Source: Candidatus Dormiibacterota bacterium (lineage in GTDB: Bacteria > Chloroflexota > Dormibacteria > Aeolococcales > Bog-877). From it: DNA of 50,944 nt. The translations under genes and the position numbers were made by a program. Below the pieces are notes generated by a model. It saw only the letters and a list, made by a program, of their open reading frames with translations, was not told where the DNA came from and ran no database searches. The DNA lies in NCBI GenBank assembly GCA_013044295.1, contig JABEUU010000086.1, positions 1 through 50,944 on the forward strand. The letters are read 5' to 3'. Positions 16,849 through 25,540 of the stretch are shown here, piece by piece. Position 1 is the first letter of the stretch, and every line of letters begins with the position of its first letter.

Positions 16849-17520
16849 GTGGAGGCCGAGCTCGAGGTGCTCGCCGGGGCCGCAGGGGACGGGTCGGTGG
16901 TGGTGCTAGCCACCGCCAGCGCGCCCGAGGGAGAGGCCGTCTTCCAGCGCTGGAACGCCCAGGGTCTGGCCCACTACGAGCGGATGGGCCTACGGGCGGT
17001 CGCGCTACCGGTGCGGACGCGAGAGGACGCCCAGCTTGCCGCAACTGCAGATCAGGTGAGGCGGGCAAGCATGGTGTTCTTCTCCGGGGGCAACCCCGCG
17101 TACCTGCGTCAGACCCTGGTCGGGACTGCGCTGCTGACCGCGATCGGGGATCTGCTCCGCCAGGGAGGGGTGTTCGGAGGGTGTAGCGCAGGGGCCATGG
17201 TGGCCGGGGCCATCAGCCCGGGCGCGCCCCGCGGCCGCTTTCCGTCCGGCCAGGGCCTCGGCCTGCTACCAAAGGAGGTGTTCGGGGTCCACTGGGACGC
17301 ACCGCTGATGCGGCCATGGCGGCGCCTGATGGCCGCCCGAACCCCGGCTGGCTGCCGTTTCCTGGGCATCGCGGAGAAGACCGCGCTCTCGGGCAGCAGC
17401 CGGGGTTGGCGGGTTCATGGTCGCGGCCAGGTCGAGGTCCGCCACCTCGGCGCCGCCCACGCGTACCGCGGCGGAGAGGCCATTCCAGGACTCGATGAGG
17501 AGGATTCGACCGCGCCCTGA
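16849..17520 (+). CDS. Peptidase S51 / type-1 glutamine-amidotransferase-like (cyanophycinase / peptidase-E-like). The true start is probably upstream of 16849.
   Basis: Motifs are FFSGGNPAYL and GGCSAGAMV (the S51 nucleophile motif G-x-SAGA). The in-frame upstream codons read RFLLLGSGEFQEWA, which looks like the conserved N-terminal strand, but no ATG/GTG/TTG precedes it. Confidence 0.7.
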   Translation: MEAELEVLAGAAGDGSVVVLATASAPEGEAVFQRWNAQGLAHYERMGLRAVALPVRTREDAQLAATADQVRRASMVFFSGGNPAYLRQTLVGTALLTAIGDLLRQGGVFGGCSAGAMVAGAISPGAPRGRFPSGQGLGLLPKEVFGVHWDAPLMRPWRRLMAARTPAGCRFLGIAEKTALSGSSRGWRVHGRGQVEVRHLGAAHAYRGGEAIPGLDEEDSTAP

Positions 17521-17540
17521 GCGGCTCCGTCCGGCGGCTG

Positions 17541-17556
17541 TGTTTCACGTGAAACA
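17541..17556. promoter_or_regulatory. parS: parS centromere-like site
   Basis: TGTTTCACGTGAAACA is a perfect 16-bp palindrome that matches the canonical parS consensus. It lies 25 bp upstream of the parA start. Confidence 0.85.
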
Positions 17557-17568
17557 TCTGGTCACATC

Positions 17569-17574
17569 TATACT
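17569..17574 (+). promoter_or_regulatory. -10-like box TATACT, 6 nt upstream of the parA ATG (leaderless-type promoter)
   Basis: The sequence reads TATACT-tggccc-ATG(17581). The corresponding -35 position falls inside parS. Confidence 0.5.
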
Positions 17575-17580
17575 TGGCCC

Positions 17581-18363
17581 ATGCCCCGGCCACGTGTTCT
17601 CACCGTCTGCAACCAGAAGGGCGGGGTGGGGAAGACCACGACCGCGATCAATCTCGGCGCCGCCCTCGCCGAGCGCGACCTGAAGGTCCTTCTGGTCGAC
17701 TGCGACCCCCAGGCCAACGCCACCTCCGGCCTGGGAATCAGCTCCAAAAACCTGCCTGCCTCGATCTACGACGTAGTCGTCCTGGGTCAGCCGCTGGCCG
17801 AGGTGACCGTGCCCCTGAATCACATTCCCGGGATGACCCTGGTGCCATCGACCGTCGGCCTGGCGGGGGCGGAGCTGGAACTGGCCGAGCTGCCCCTGCG
17901 GGAGTCTCGCCTTCGGCTGGCCCTGGATGGCCTGGCCGACTACGACTACGTCCTCCTCGACACGCCCCCATCTCTGGGGCTGCTGACCGTGAACTGCCTG
18001 GTGGCAGCTGATTCCATGATGATCCCCCTCCAGTGTGAGTACTACGCCCTGGAGGGGCTGGCGTTGCTCACCCACACTCAAGCACTCGTTCGCCAGTCGC
18101 TGAACCCAGCCCTCCGCCTCGCCGGGATCGTGCTCACCCTCTTCGACCCCAGGACCGTGCTCAGCTCCCAGGTGGTGGCCGAAGTCCGACGCCAATTCGG
18201 CGAGCAGGCGTTCAGCACCGTGATCCCGCGTTCAGTCCGGGTCAGCGAGGCTCCCAGCCATGGCCTGCCCATCACTCAGTACGACCCGACCGGACGGGGC
18301 GCCATCGCCTACCGAGCGCTCGCCGAGGAGCTTCTGATGCGCGACAGCCTGGTGGCCGCGTGA
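17581..18363 (+). CDS. parA: Chromosome-partitioning ATPase ParA/Soj
   Basis: The deviant Walker A is NQKGGVGKTTTAINL. VLLVDCDPQANATSGLG and LLDTPPSLG are present. Confidence 0.93.
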   Translation: MPRPRVLTVCNQKGGVGKTTTAINLGAALAERDLKVLLVDCDPQANATSGLGISSKNLPASIYDVVVLGQPLAEVTVPLNHIPGMTLVPSTVGLAGAELELAELPLRESRLRLALDGLADYDYVLLDTPPSLGLLTVNCLVAADSMMIPLQCEYYALEGLALLTHTQALVRQSLNPALRLAGIVLTLFDPRTVLSSQVVAEVRRQFGEQAFSTVIPRSVRVSEAPSHGLPITQYDPTGRGAIAYRALAEELLMRDSLVAA

Positions 18364-19226
18364 GCAAGCACCGCGGGCTGGGCCGCGGGCTCGAGCAGCT
18401 CATTCCGCCGGGAGCGGCCACCCTGAGCTCGGTTCTGAGCGGGCCGTCGGTTCGCGAGATCCCGGTGGCCGCCATCGCCCCCAACCCGCTCCAGCCGCGA
18501 AGTCAGTTCGACGACGCTTCCCTGCAGGAGCTCTCGCGCTCCATCATCCAATACGGCGTTCTCCAGCCCCTGGTAGTCGAGCCGGCCCCGGACGGATACC
18601 ACCTCGTAGCCGGAGAGCGTAGACTTCGCGCTTCGCAGCTGGCCGGGCTGGCCACCGTCCCCGCGGTGATCCGGCCGGCCGGGCCGGACCGGGCCCGGCT
18701 GGAGATGGCCCTGGTGGAGAACCTGCAACGTCGCGACATCTCTCCCCTGGACGAGGCCCGCGCCTTCAACAGGCTGTGCGATGAGTTCGGCTTGACCCAA
18801 GAAGCCGTCGCCCAACAGCTCGGGCGCAGCCGATCGGCCGTGGCCAACACGATCCGCCTGCTCCAGGCCACCCCCGAGGTGCAGCTCGCCCTGGCGGAGG
18901 AGCGGGTTTCGGCCGCCCACGTGCGCGCCCTGCTTGCGATAGCGGAACCACTGCTCCAGACCAAGACCTTGGCGCACGTGGTGGCTCGCCATCTGTCCGT
19001 CCGCGACACCGAGCGGCTGGTGGCCCGGCTGGCGATGCGAGCGCCGGCCAAGCGGGCGACCGCCCCGTCCCCTGAGGTGCAGGCCCTGGAGGCCGCGCTC
19101 GCCCGCCGGCTGAGCACCCGGGTGAAGATCACCCCCAGGGCAGGCGGCCGGGGCCGGATCGTGATCGACTACTTCTCGGCCGACGAGCTGGACGGTCTCT
19201 GCGAGCTCTTCGGGGTCAACCTCTAG
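18360..19226 (+). CDS. parB: Chromosome-partitioning protein ParB/Spo0J
   Basis: Motifs are GLGRGLEQLI, PNPLQPR, the arginine patch LVAGERRLRAS and the HTH QEAVAQQLGRSRSAVANTIRLL. The GTG start overlaps the parA stop (GTGA). Confidence 0.93.
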   Translation: MSKHRGLGRGLEQLIPPGAATLSSVLSGPSVREIPVAAIAPNPLQPRSQFDDASLQELSRSIIQYGVLQPLVVEPAPDGYHLVAGERRLRASQLAGLATVPAVIRPAGPDRARLEMALVENLQRRDISPLDEARAFNRLCDEFGLTQEAVAQQLGRSRSAVANTIRLLQATPEVQLALAEERVSAAHVRALLAIAEPLLQTKTLAHVVARHLSVRDTERLVARLAMRAPAKRATAPSPEVQALEAALARRLSTRVKITPRAGGRGRIVIDYFSADELDGLCELFGVNL

Positions 19227-19252
19227 GCGGCGGGGGCCGTCTGGCCGCTCCG

Positions 19253-19258
19253 TATACT
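19253..19258 (+). promoter_or_regulatory. -10-like box TATACT, 6 nt upstream of the lepB GTG (leaderless-type promoter)
   Basis: The sequence reads TATACT-gcccgg-GTG(19265). Confidence 0.45.
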
Positions 19259-19264
19259 GCCCGG

Positions 19265-20044
19265 GTGCCGACCGAACCTCCCGCCACGCCCGTCCAGCCT
19301 TCGGCTCCGGACGAGCTCAGGGACGGTCCCTCCAGAGCGTCCGGCCGTCGCTCGCTGTGGCGGGACCTGTTCGAGGTGGTGGCGCTGGCGGCGGTGATCT
19401 ACCTGCTGATCGCCTTCGCCATCCAGCCGGTCCATGTGGAGGGCACCAGCATGTACCCCGGGCTGCACAACAACGACCTGCTCATCACCGAGAAGCTCTC
19501 CCTCTACTTCAGCGGCCCGTCGCGCGGCCAGATTGTTATCGTCAACCCCCCGATCGCCTCCCCCAACGACTTCATCAAACGGGTCATCGGCCTGCCGGGC
19601 CAATGGATCCGGATTGCGCCCGACAGCCAGGGGGTGGGGCACGTCTACATCTCCGACACCAGGCCCACCACGGCCACGGGCGGCCGTCAGCTGATCGAGC
19701 CGTACATCAATGGGGTCTGGACCCAGCAGGTGCTGTGTTGCACAGCGGCCGGGACCGCCTCGCCGGCCCTGCCCGCCACCGGCGCGTGGGCCCACATCCC
19801 CAACAACGACTATTTCGTCATGGGCGACAACCGCAACTTCTCCGAAGACTCGCGAACCTTCGGGTGGGAACCCCGGCACGGGGTTCAGGCGATCGCAATC
19901 CTGCGCTTCTGGCCCCCCACCCGGTGGGCGGTGCTACCCGCGCAAACCCCCACCTTCGCCGCCGTCGGAGGCGTGGCCGTGGCGCTGCCGGTCAGGCGTC
20001 GCCTCAGGGGTAGATCCAAGAGGTCCCGGCCCGTTCCCAGCTGA
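19265..20044 (+). CDS. lepB: Signal peptidase I
   Basis: An N-terminal TM segment is present. The catalytic Ser box is EGTSMYPGL, the Lys box is KRVIGLPG, and [11 protein letters not shown] is present. Confidence 0.85.
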   Translation: MPTEPPATPVQPSAPDELRDGPSRASGRRSLWRDLFEVVALAAVIYLLIAFAIQPVHVEGTSMYPGLHNNDLLITEKLSLYFSGPSRGQIVIVNPPIASPNDFIKRVIGLPGQWIRIAPDSQGVGHVYISDTRPTTATGGRQLIEPYINGVWTQQVLCCTAAGTASPALPATGAWAHIPNNDYFVMGDNRNFSEDSRTFGWEPRHGVQAIAILRFWPPTRWAVLPAQTPTFAAVGGVAVALPVRRRLRGRSKRSRPVPS

Positions 20045-20453
20045 CCAGCTCTTCGGAACTGAAGAAGAGCCCGATCTCCTCCTCGGCACGGCCGGGGCTG
20101 TCGGAACCATGGATCACGTTCTGGCCGATGTCGACCCCGAAGTCACCCCGGATCGTGCCGGGCGCCGCGCCCGCCGGATTGGTCGGGCCCATCATCGAAC
20201 GCACCAGCGCCGTGACGCTCGGCCCCTCCCAGACCATCGCCACCACCGGTGACGAGGAGATGAATTCGATCACGGCCTCGAAGAAGGGCCGCTCCCGGTG
20301 CTCCGCGTAGTGCCGCTCGGCGCGGGCCCGGTCCACCGCCAACAGCTTGAGACCGACCAGATGCAGTCCCCTTCGCTCGAATCGCCCCAGTATCTCCCCC
20401 ACCAGTCCGCGCTGGACGCCGTCCGGCTTGATGAGCACCAGAGTTCTCTCCAC
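20004..20453 (-). CDS. ndk: Nucleoside diphosphate kinase
   Basis: Motifs are [20 protein letters not shown] and NVIHGSD (active-site His). The GTG start has an AAGGAG SD 8 nt upstream. Confidence 0.93.
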   Translation of the reverse strand: MERTLVLIKPDGVQRGLVGEILGRFERRGLHLVGLKLLAVDRARAERHYAEHRERPFFEAVIEFISSSPVVAMVWEGPSVTALVRSMMGPTNPAGAAPGTIRGDFGVDIGQNVIHGSDSPGRAEEEIGLFFSSEELVSWERAGTSWIYP

Positions 20454-20494
20454 AGCTCAGTCTCCTTGGTGATCGGTGGGACCAGGGCCCACCG

Positions 20495-21814
20495 CTAATT
20501 GCTCGCTCCGGCCTGCAAGGTCTCCAGCAACTCCTCGCGTTCGACCCGCGGTCCAACCGCCGCCGCTCGCCAACCCCCACCTGCCAGAAGCTCGTCGGCG
20601 AGAGCCTGCACCTGGCCGGCTGTGACCAAACGTACGTTCTCGACGACCTCGGCGGCGGAGAGAATCTCCTGGGTCAGGAGCTCCTGATTCCCGAGAAAGT
20701 CGCTGAGGGCGCCCGCGCTCTCCATCTGCAACAGAAGTCGCCCCTCGATCTGGGCCTTGGTTCGCCCCAGCTCCGCCGCCGAGAGCTCCTCCTGAGCCAG
20801 TCGGCGAATTTCGGCCAGGGCACCCGCCACGGCAGCCGGCGCCCTCTCCGGCTGGGTCGCGAGGTAGACGGCCAGGGCCCCGCTGTCACGGTGCCGGGAG
20901 GTGAAGGAGTGCACGTCGTAAGCGAGGGCCTGGCGCTCCCTCAGCTCCAGGAACAGCCGGCTGCTCATGCCCTCTCCCAGGGCCGTGTTCAGCACGTCGA
21001 GCGTCCAGCGGTCGGGCGCCAGGTAGGAGGAGCATCGCACCCCCACCAGCAGGTGGGTCTGCTCGGCGCGCCGGCGGCGCACCTTCACGTCCCCCGCACG
21101 CTCCAGCGGGCTCGGGCTGCCGCCGTCCAGGGCCGGGAAAGAGGCCGCGCCCCTGGGGGCGCCCAGGGCAGGCTCAAGGCGCCGCTCCAGCAGCCCCAGG
21201 GCCCGCTGCGGACTGAAGCCCCCACTGATCACCACAACCAGTCTCTCCGGCCGGTAGAAGCTGCTGTGGTACCGGCTCAACTGGGCGGCCCCGATCCGCC
21301 GCAGCGAAGGTCGGGTCCCAGCGGGGTCACGGGCCAGCGGATGGCCAGGCCAGATCAGGCCGTCGAAGTCCATCTGGACCACCTCAGCCGGTTGGTCCAG
21401 GTACATGCTGAGCTCCTCGGTGACAACCAGGCGCTCCCGCTCCATCTCCTCCCAGTCGAAGCGAGGCGCCAGGACCAGGTCGGTGAGCACGTCGATGGCG
21501 AGCTCGAGGCGCTGCCGGGGCACCTGGGCCCAGAAATTGGTGACCTCCTTGTCGGTGCTGGCGTTGAGAACGCCGCCGACTCCCTCAATGGCCTCGGACA
21601 CCGCCCGGCTGTCGGGGTAGCGCTCGGTTCCCTTGAACACGGCGTGCTCCAGAAAGTGGCTGATCCCCGCCAGCCGAAGGGGCTCCCACCGCGAGCCCAC
21701 CCCGAACAGCATGGTCACCGCCACAGAGGTCCTTCCAGGCAGCGGGGCGAGGATGACCCGAGCCCCGCTTGGGAGTGTCGACCCGTGCCACCTGGGCGTC
21801 CTCACGGCGGCCAT
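20495..21814 (-). CDS. M16-family (pitrilysin-like) zinc peptidase
   Basis: The inverted zinc motif HFLEH sits in GISHFLEHAVFKGT, and downstream EL...E is present. I trimmed the 641-aa track ORF to ATG 21814 (MAAVRTPRW...), which shares 1 nt with the upstream stop (TGATG). Confidence 0.85.
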   Translation of the reverse strand: MAAVRTPRWHGSTLPSGARVILAPLPGRTSVAVTMLFGVGSRWEPLRLAGISHFLEHAVFKGTERYPDSRAVSEAIEGVGGVLNASTDKEVTNFWAQVPRQRLELAIDVLTDLVLAPRFDWEEMERERLVVTEELSMYLDQPAEVVQMDFDGLIWPGHPLARDPAGTRPSLRRIGAAQLSRYHSSFYRPERLVVVISGGFSPQRALGLLERRLEPALGAPRGAASFPALDGGSPSPLERAGDVKVRRRRAEQTHLLVGVRCSSYLAPDRWTLDVLNTALGEGMSSRLFLELRERQALAYDVHSFTSRHRDSGALAVYLATQPERAPAAVAGALAEIRRLAQEELSAAELGRTKAQIEGRLLLQMESAGALSDFLGNQELLTQEILSAAEVVENVRLVTAGQVQALADELLAGGGWRAAAVGPRVEREELLETLQAGASN

Positions 21815-22407
21815 CAGTGACTCACCAGCTGGCGCTGCTGAATGGTTGCCAGTGAGATCGCGTACTGGATGTCCAGCGTCGCCGCGTTGCCCTCCACCTG
21901 GATCGCCGCGACCACGTTCGCCTGGCGCCAGGCGACGATGTAGGCCTCGTAACTGGTGCCCTCGAACTGCCGCACCTCCATGAAGCCGAGAGCCTGGTCC
22001 CCCACCTTGCCAGTCGAGACCGCGGTCCCGCCCGCCGCCAAGGCCTGAGCGCCGACCAGACGGAGCCCCTGGCCGGCCCCCGTCGCACTGCGATAGATCG
22101 ATGCCGAACTCTCGATCACCACCGGACCAACCGCCTGCTGGGGGCTCTGGCTGCGATTGAAGTCGGCCTCGTAGCCCTCCTCGCGGCCGGCGCTTTGCAA
22201 TTTCCGCAGCAAGCCGCCATTCTTCCCGGCCGTGCGCTGATTGCTGTAGTAGCCAGCTGAGCTGGACCCGTGTTCGACCACGAACCCGGGATATGGGATC
22301 TCGCTCAGGGTGAGGACGAGATCCTTGAGCGGCGCCTTGATCAGGTGGGCGGGGGCAGTCCCGCAGCCGCCCAGCAAGACCGCGACCGAGCAGGTGGCGG
22401 CCGCCAA
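21814..22407 (-). CDS. Hypothetical lipoprotein (start uncertain)
   Basis: The lipobox is VAVLLGGCG. The only canonical in-frame start after the jag stop is TTG 22407. CTG 22446 overlaps the jag TGA and would give a better signal peptide (MSSSSFRGGW...). The upstream part of the 324-aa track ORF overlaps jag. Confidence 0.5.
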   Translation of the reverse strand: MAAATCSVAVLLGGCGTAPAHLIKAPLKDLVLTLSEIPYPGFVVEHGSSSAGYYSNQRTAGKNGGLLRKLQSAGREEGYEADFNRSQSPQQAVGPVVIESSASIYRSATGAGQGLRLVGAQALAAGGTAVSTGKVGDQALGFMEVRQFEGTSYEAYIVAWRQANVVAAIQVEGNAATLDIQYAISLATIQQRQLVSH

Positions 22408-22442
22408 AACTGGTCCCCATCCTCCCCGAAAAGAGCTGGAGC

Positions 22443-23147
22443 TCAGCTCGAGCCCACCGTATAGCGACCGGGGGGGGCAGAACTGGCGAGGCTGATCGTC
22501 ACCCGACGAGCCTCGTCGACGTCGACGCTCTGGGTCACCACCAAAGGGTCGTCGGCCAAGGCTATATGCACGGCGCGACGCTCGTAGGGGGGCATTGGAT
22601 CGAGCGATGCCGGGCGCCCGGTGCGGACCACGTCCGCCGCCACCCGGCGCGCGATCTGGGCCACCGAACGCTCCCGGCGCTCCCGATAGTGAGCCACATC
22701 CACGATCACCCTCGGAGCTCCTGGGGTGTGCTGGCTCACCATCAGGTTGATGACCGTCTGGAGGGCGCGCAGCGACTCGCCGCGCCACCCGATCAGGACG
22801 CCAAGGTCACTGCCCTCGACCTCGAGCATGACTGGCGCAGACTCCTCTGACCCCGGCTCAGCCTGGGCCGGTCTGACGACGCTAACGGTGGCCTCGACTT
22901 CCATTCTGGCTAGCAGATCCTCCAGGTGGCGACGCGCCGCCACCGCCTCAGGAGCCACCCGGGTCACCCTGACCCGCGCGACCGCAGCGCTGACGTGCTC
23001 CCCCGGGATCACATCGCGGCCCTGGCTGAGCACCTCGAACATGGCCTCCTCGCGGGTCAGGCCGGCCTTGGCCAGAGCCAGCTCAAAGGCTTCCTCCACC
23101 GTGGCGGCGGCGGCCTCGAAAACGTCCCCGTCGAGCCCCTGGGCCAC
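22443..23147 (-). CDS. khpB: Jag/KhpB RNA-binding protein (Jag_N, KH and R3H domains)
   Basis: The KH-like segment is LGVLIGWRGESLRALQTVINLMV and the R3H segment is LDPMPPYERRAVHIAL. It holds the conserved position downstream of yidC. Confidence 0.85.
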   Translation of the reverse strand: MAQGLDGDVFEAAAATVEEAFELALAKAGLTREEAMFEVLSQGRDVIPGEHVSAAVARVRVTRVAPEAVAARRHLEDLLARMEVEATVSVVRPAQAEPGSEESAPVMLEVEGSDLGVLIGWRGESLRALQTVINLMVSQHTPGAPRVIVDVAHYRERRERSVAQIARRVAADVVRTGRPASLDPMPPYERRAVHIALADDPLVVTQSVDVDEARRVTISLASSAPPGRYTVGSS

Positions 23148-23150
23148 TCT

Positions 23151-24230
23151 CTATCGTCCCGAGGCTCGGCGCTTGGGCCGGTTGCCCCCGCCCTTGCTGG
23201 TGGCCGGCCGAATTGGATCGCGCTGCCCGGAGGTGGGCCGGTCCGGGGTCGGAGCCGGACGCTTGGGTCGGGGACCCCCGGCAGCGCCGGTGGTGCCGCC
23301 TGAGGCGTCGTCGCGATCACTCCTGCGCGCTGGCGCCACCAGCGCCCCACCCGTGGCGTCGGCGGTGAGGAGGCCGCGGGGTGAGTTCGGGGGGTGCCAA
23401 CCCGCCCTCGGGAACCAGCTCGGCACGCTGAGTCCACCCCAACCCATCATGCTGAAAACCTGAAGCACCATGACCAGGCTCTGGGTGATCCAGTAGAGGC
23501 CGATCCCCTGGGCAAAGTTGAGAGCGAAGAAGGCGATCAGGACCGGCATCAGGTAGGTGGTCTGGGCCATCACCCGATACATCTGCTTCTCGGAGTCGCT
23601 CATGTCGGGGCGGACGGGCTGCATCATCATCTTCGACTGCATGAAGGTGAACACCCCAGCCAGGATCGGAATGATCAGGAGCAGGGGATGGCCGATGACG
23701 CCCCCCTTGACCTTGAAGGCGACGTCACTGAGCTGGGAGACCCAGAGAAAGCCACCGTGGCCGTGGAGACCTTCCGAAAGCTTCTGGATCGCCCCGTAGA
23801 GGGCGTAGATGAACGGCATCTGGATCAGCAGAGGCAGGCAGCCGGAGAGCTGGCTGAGGGGATTCACCCCGTGCCGCTTGTAGAGCGCCATGGTCTCCTC
23901 GTTCAGACGCTGGCGATCCTTCTTGTACTTCTGCTGGAGCGCCTTGAGCTCAGGGGCCACCATGCGTTGCTCGGCCTGGATTCGCCACTGCGTGGCGATC
24001 TGCCAGCGAAAGAGCGGGAACAGCAGGCCGCGGATGACCAGGGTGAGGACGATGATCGCGAGCCCGAAGGCGCCGATGGTGGCCGTCGGCCCGAAACTCT
24101 CGAACACCTTGTCGAAGAACTGCAGCACCACCCCGATCGGGGTCAGCAGGATGTAGAAGAAAATCGCCAGGAAGGGATTGGTGGGCGGCGGGGCCACCGG
24201 GTTGACGAAGGTCAGCAGCTCAAACCCCAT
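23151..24230 (-). CDS. yidC: Membrane protein insertase YidC/Oxa1 family (short form) with a long basic C-terminal tail
   Basis: Motifs are [42 protein letters not shown] and [16 protein letters not shown]. The C-terminal region of about 85 aa is rich in R/K/P/G. Confidence 0.9.
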   Translation of the reverse strand: MGFELLTFVNPVAPPPTNPFLAIFFYILLTPIGVVLQFFDKVFESFGPTATIGAFGLAIIVLTLVIRGLLFPLFRWQIATQWRIQAEQRMVAPELKALQQKYKKDRQRLNEETMALYKRHGVNPLSQLSGCLPLLIQMPFIYALYGAIQKLSEGLHGHGGFLWVSQLSDVAFKVKGGVIGHPLLLIIPILAGVFTFMQSKMMMQPVRPDMSDSEKQMYRVMAQTTYLMPVLIAFFALNFAQGIGLYWITQSLVMVLQVFSMMGWGGLSVPSWFPRAGWHPPNSPRGLLTADATGGALVAPARRSDRDDASGGTTGAAGGPRPKRPAPTPDRPTSGQRDPIRPATSKGGGNRPKRRASGR

Positions 24231-24462
24231 GCTTCAGCTCCTCGGGCAGGGGCACCGGGTCGTAGCCACCGGCATGGAATGGATGGCAGCGAGAGATCCG
24301 CCGGATCCCCATCCACCAGCCCCTCCCGAACCCGTAGAGCTGAATCGCCTCGTAGGTGTAGTGGGAGCAGCTCGGCTCGTAGCGGCACCCCCCGAGCAAG
24401 CCCAGGATGGGGCTGAGGGAGGCCTGATAGAACGCGATGAACCAGAGGGACAGCTTTTTCAT
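24220..24462 (-). CDS. yidD: Membrane protein insertion efficiency factor YidD
   Basis: Motifs are [15 protein letters not shown] and [21 protein letters not shown] trimmed to ATG 24462, which overlaps the rnpA stop (ATGA). Confidence 0.85.
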   Translation of the reverse strand: MKKLSLWFIAFYQASLSPILGLLGGCRYEPSCSHYTYEAIQLYGFGRGWWMGIRRISRCHPFHAGGYDPVPLPEELKHGV

Positions 24463-24794
24463 CCGAGCCGGACACCCGCCCTCTGCAGCGAGCGGCACAG
24501 GCTCGCCGCCAACTCCTGGTAGGAGCTGGTCGCAGCCGCCTGGGTCGGGATCATGACCAGATCGAAGGATCCCAGTTCGGAAAGGTTTTGGGCGGCCGCC
24601 GCCCGCAGCCGGCGCCGCACCAGGTTGCGGGATACCGCGCCGCCCACCCGCTTCGAAACGGTGATCCCGAAACGTGGGCGCCCCAGCAGATTGGGCCTAA
24701 CCTGAAGCCTGAGCAACGGATCACCAACCCCCCTCCGCTCGGCCCGCACGCTCTCGAATTCGGCGGACTTGCGGAGCCGGTAGCGGCTGTTCAC
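24459..24794 (-). CDS. rnpA: Ribonuclease P protein component
   Basis: Motifs are [12 protein letters not shown] and [24 protein letters not shown] (RNR motif). The GTG 24794 start overlaps the rpmH stop (GTGA). The rest of the 324-aa track ORF is non-coding read-through. Confidence 0.85.
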   Translation of the reverse strand: MNSRYRLRKSAEFESVRAERRGVGDPLLRLQVRPNLLGRPRFGITVSKRVGGAVSRNLVRRRLRAAAAQNLSELGSFDLVMIPTQAAATSSYQELAASLCRSLQRAGVRLG

Positions 24795-24937
24795 CGCACC
24801 GGAGCAGGCGTCAACCGCCAGCGGCCCTTGAGGCGCCTCCGCTTGAGCACACGGATACCGCCCGGGCTCGACATCCGGGCCCGAAACCCGTGAGTCTTCC
24901 TCCGATAGCGCTTCTTGGGTTGAAAGGTTCGCTTGAT
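24791..24937 (-). CDS. rpmH: 50S ribosomal protein L34, with an apparent non-canonical ATC start
   Basis: The minus-strand translation is (I)[47 protein letters not shown], which is the L34 signature. A GAGGAG SD lies 7 nt upstream. An in-frame TAG two codons upstream leaves no ATG/GTG/TTG. It is absent from the supplied ORF track. Confidence 0.85.
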   Translation of the reverse strand: MKRTFQPKKRYRRKTHGFRARMSSPGGIRVLKRRRLKGRWRLTPAPVR

Positions 24938-25435
24938 GACCTATCTCCTCTGCCACCCGGCCCCGTCTCCGCGAGACTTGCCGACGCAGGGCACAATTAA
25001 CAGCCGCCCGACCGGCCATGAGGATACCAGACGCACCGGTCGCCATGAGATCCGAGCACTCTGGCTCCGAGCCGACCCGCCTATGGGCCTGGCAGCCGCT
25101 AAACCGGGGACGTCCCGGACCCGGCCGGCCCGATCGGGGGCCCGAGGCGAAAGCAGCCCGGGGCGCAGCGCACGCCTTGCCCCTCTCGACCCACTCCCGG
25201 ACGGTCGCTGGGCGAACCTTGAAGCGCGCCCACCGATCCCGAAATGTCGCCGTCCGCGGGCAAGCGGCCCGCGCCCCAAGCCCGAGCCAAGCGGGCCTGC
25301 CGCCAAGTTCGCCAGCTCTACTCCGAGCCCACCCGGGGGTGCCCACGGCCCCTCGCCGGCCGTTGCGGACCAGGCCCAGCGGTGCTACCATCCAGACGCG
25401 ACTGCGGGGGTGGACTCGGCCCGGTCCAAGCATCG

Positions 25436-25499
25436 ATTTCCACAGGGTGCATCTCTCCCTCCGGTGAGTTTTCCACTGCTGTGTACAAGGTGTGAATTG
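25436..25499. promoter_or_regulatory. Cluster of DnaA-box-like 9-mers upstream of dnaA
   Basis: ATTTCCACA (25436-25444) and TTTTCCACT (25469-25477) are forward-orientation boxes. TGTGTACAA (25480-25488) and TGTGAATTG (25491-25499) are reverse-orientation boxes. Each has 2-3 mismatches to TTATCCACA/TGTGGATAA. Confidence 0.5.
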
Positions 25500-25540
25500 C
25501 GCTTGGCTCTCTGCGTCGTCGTCGCCCTTCCGGCGCCACC

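Noticed and set aside
20004-20044. Two convergent gene overlaps of exactly 41 nt (lepB/ndk at 20004-20044 and orphan/folK at 39703-39743), considered as a possible shared element.
   Set aside because: The two 41-nt sequences share no similarity, so the equal length appears coincidental.
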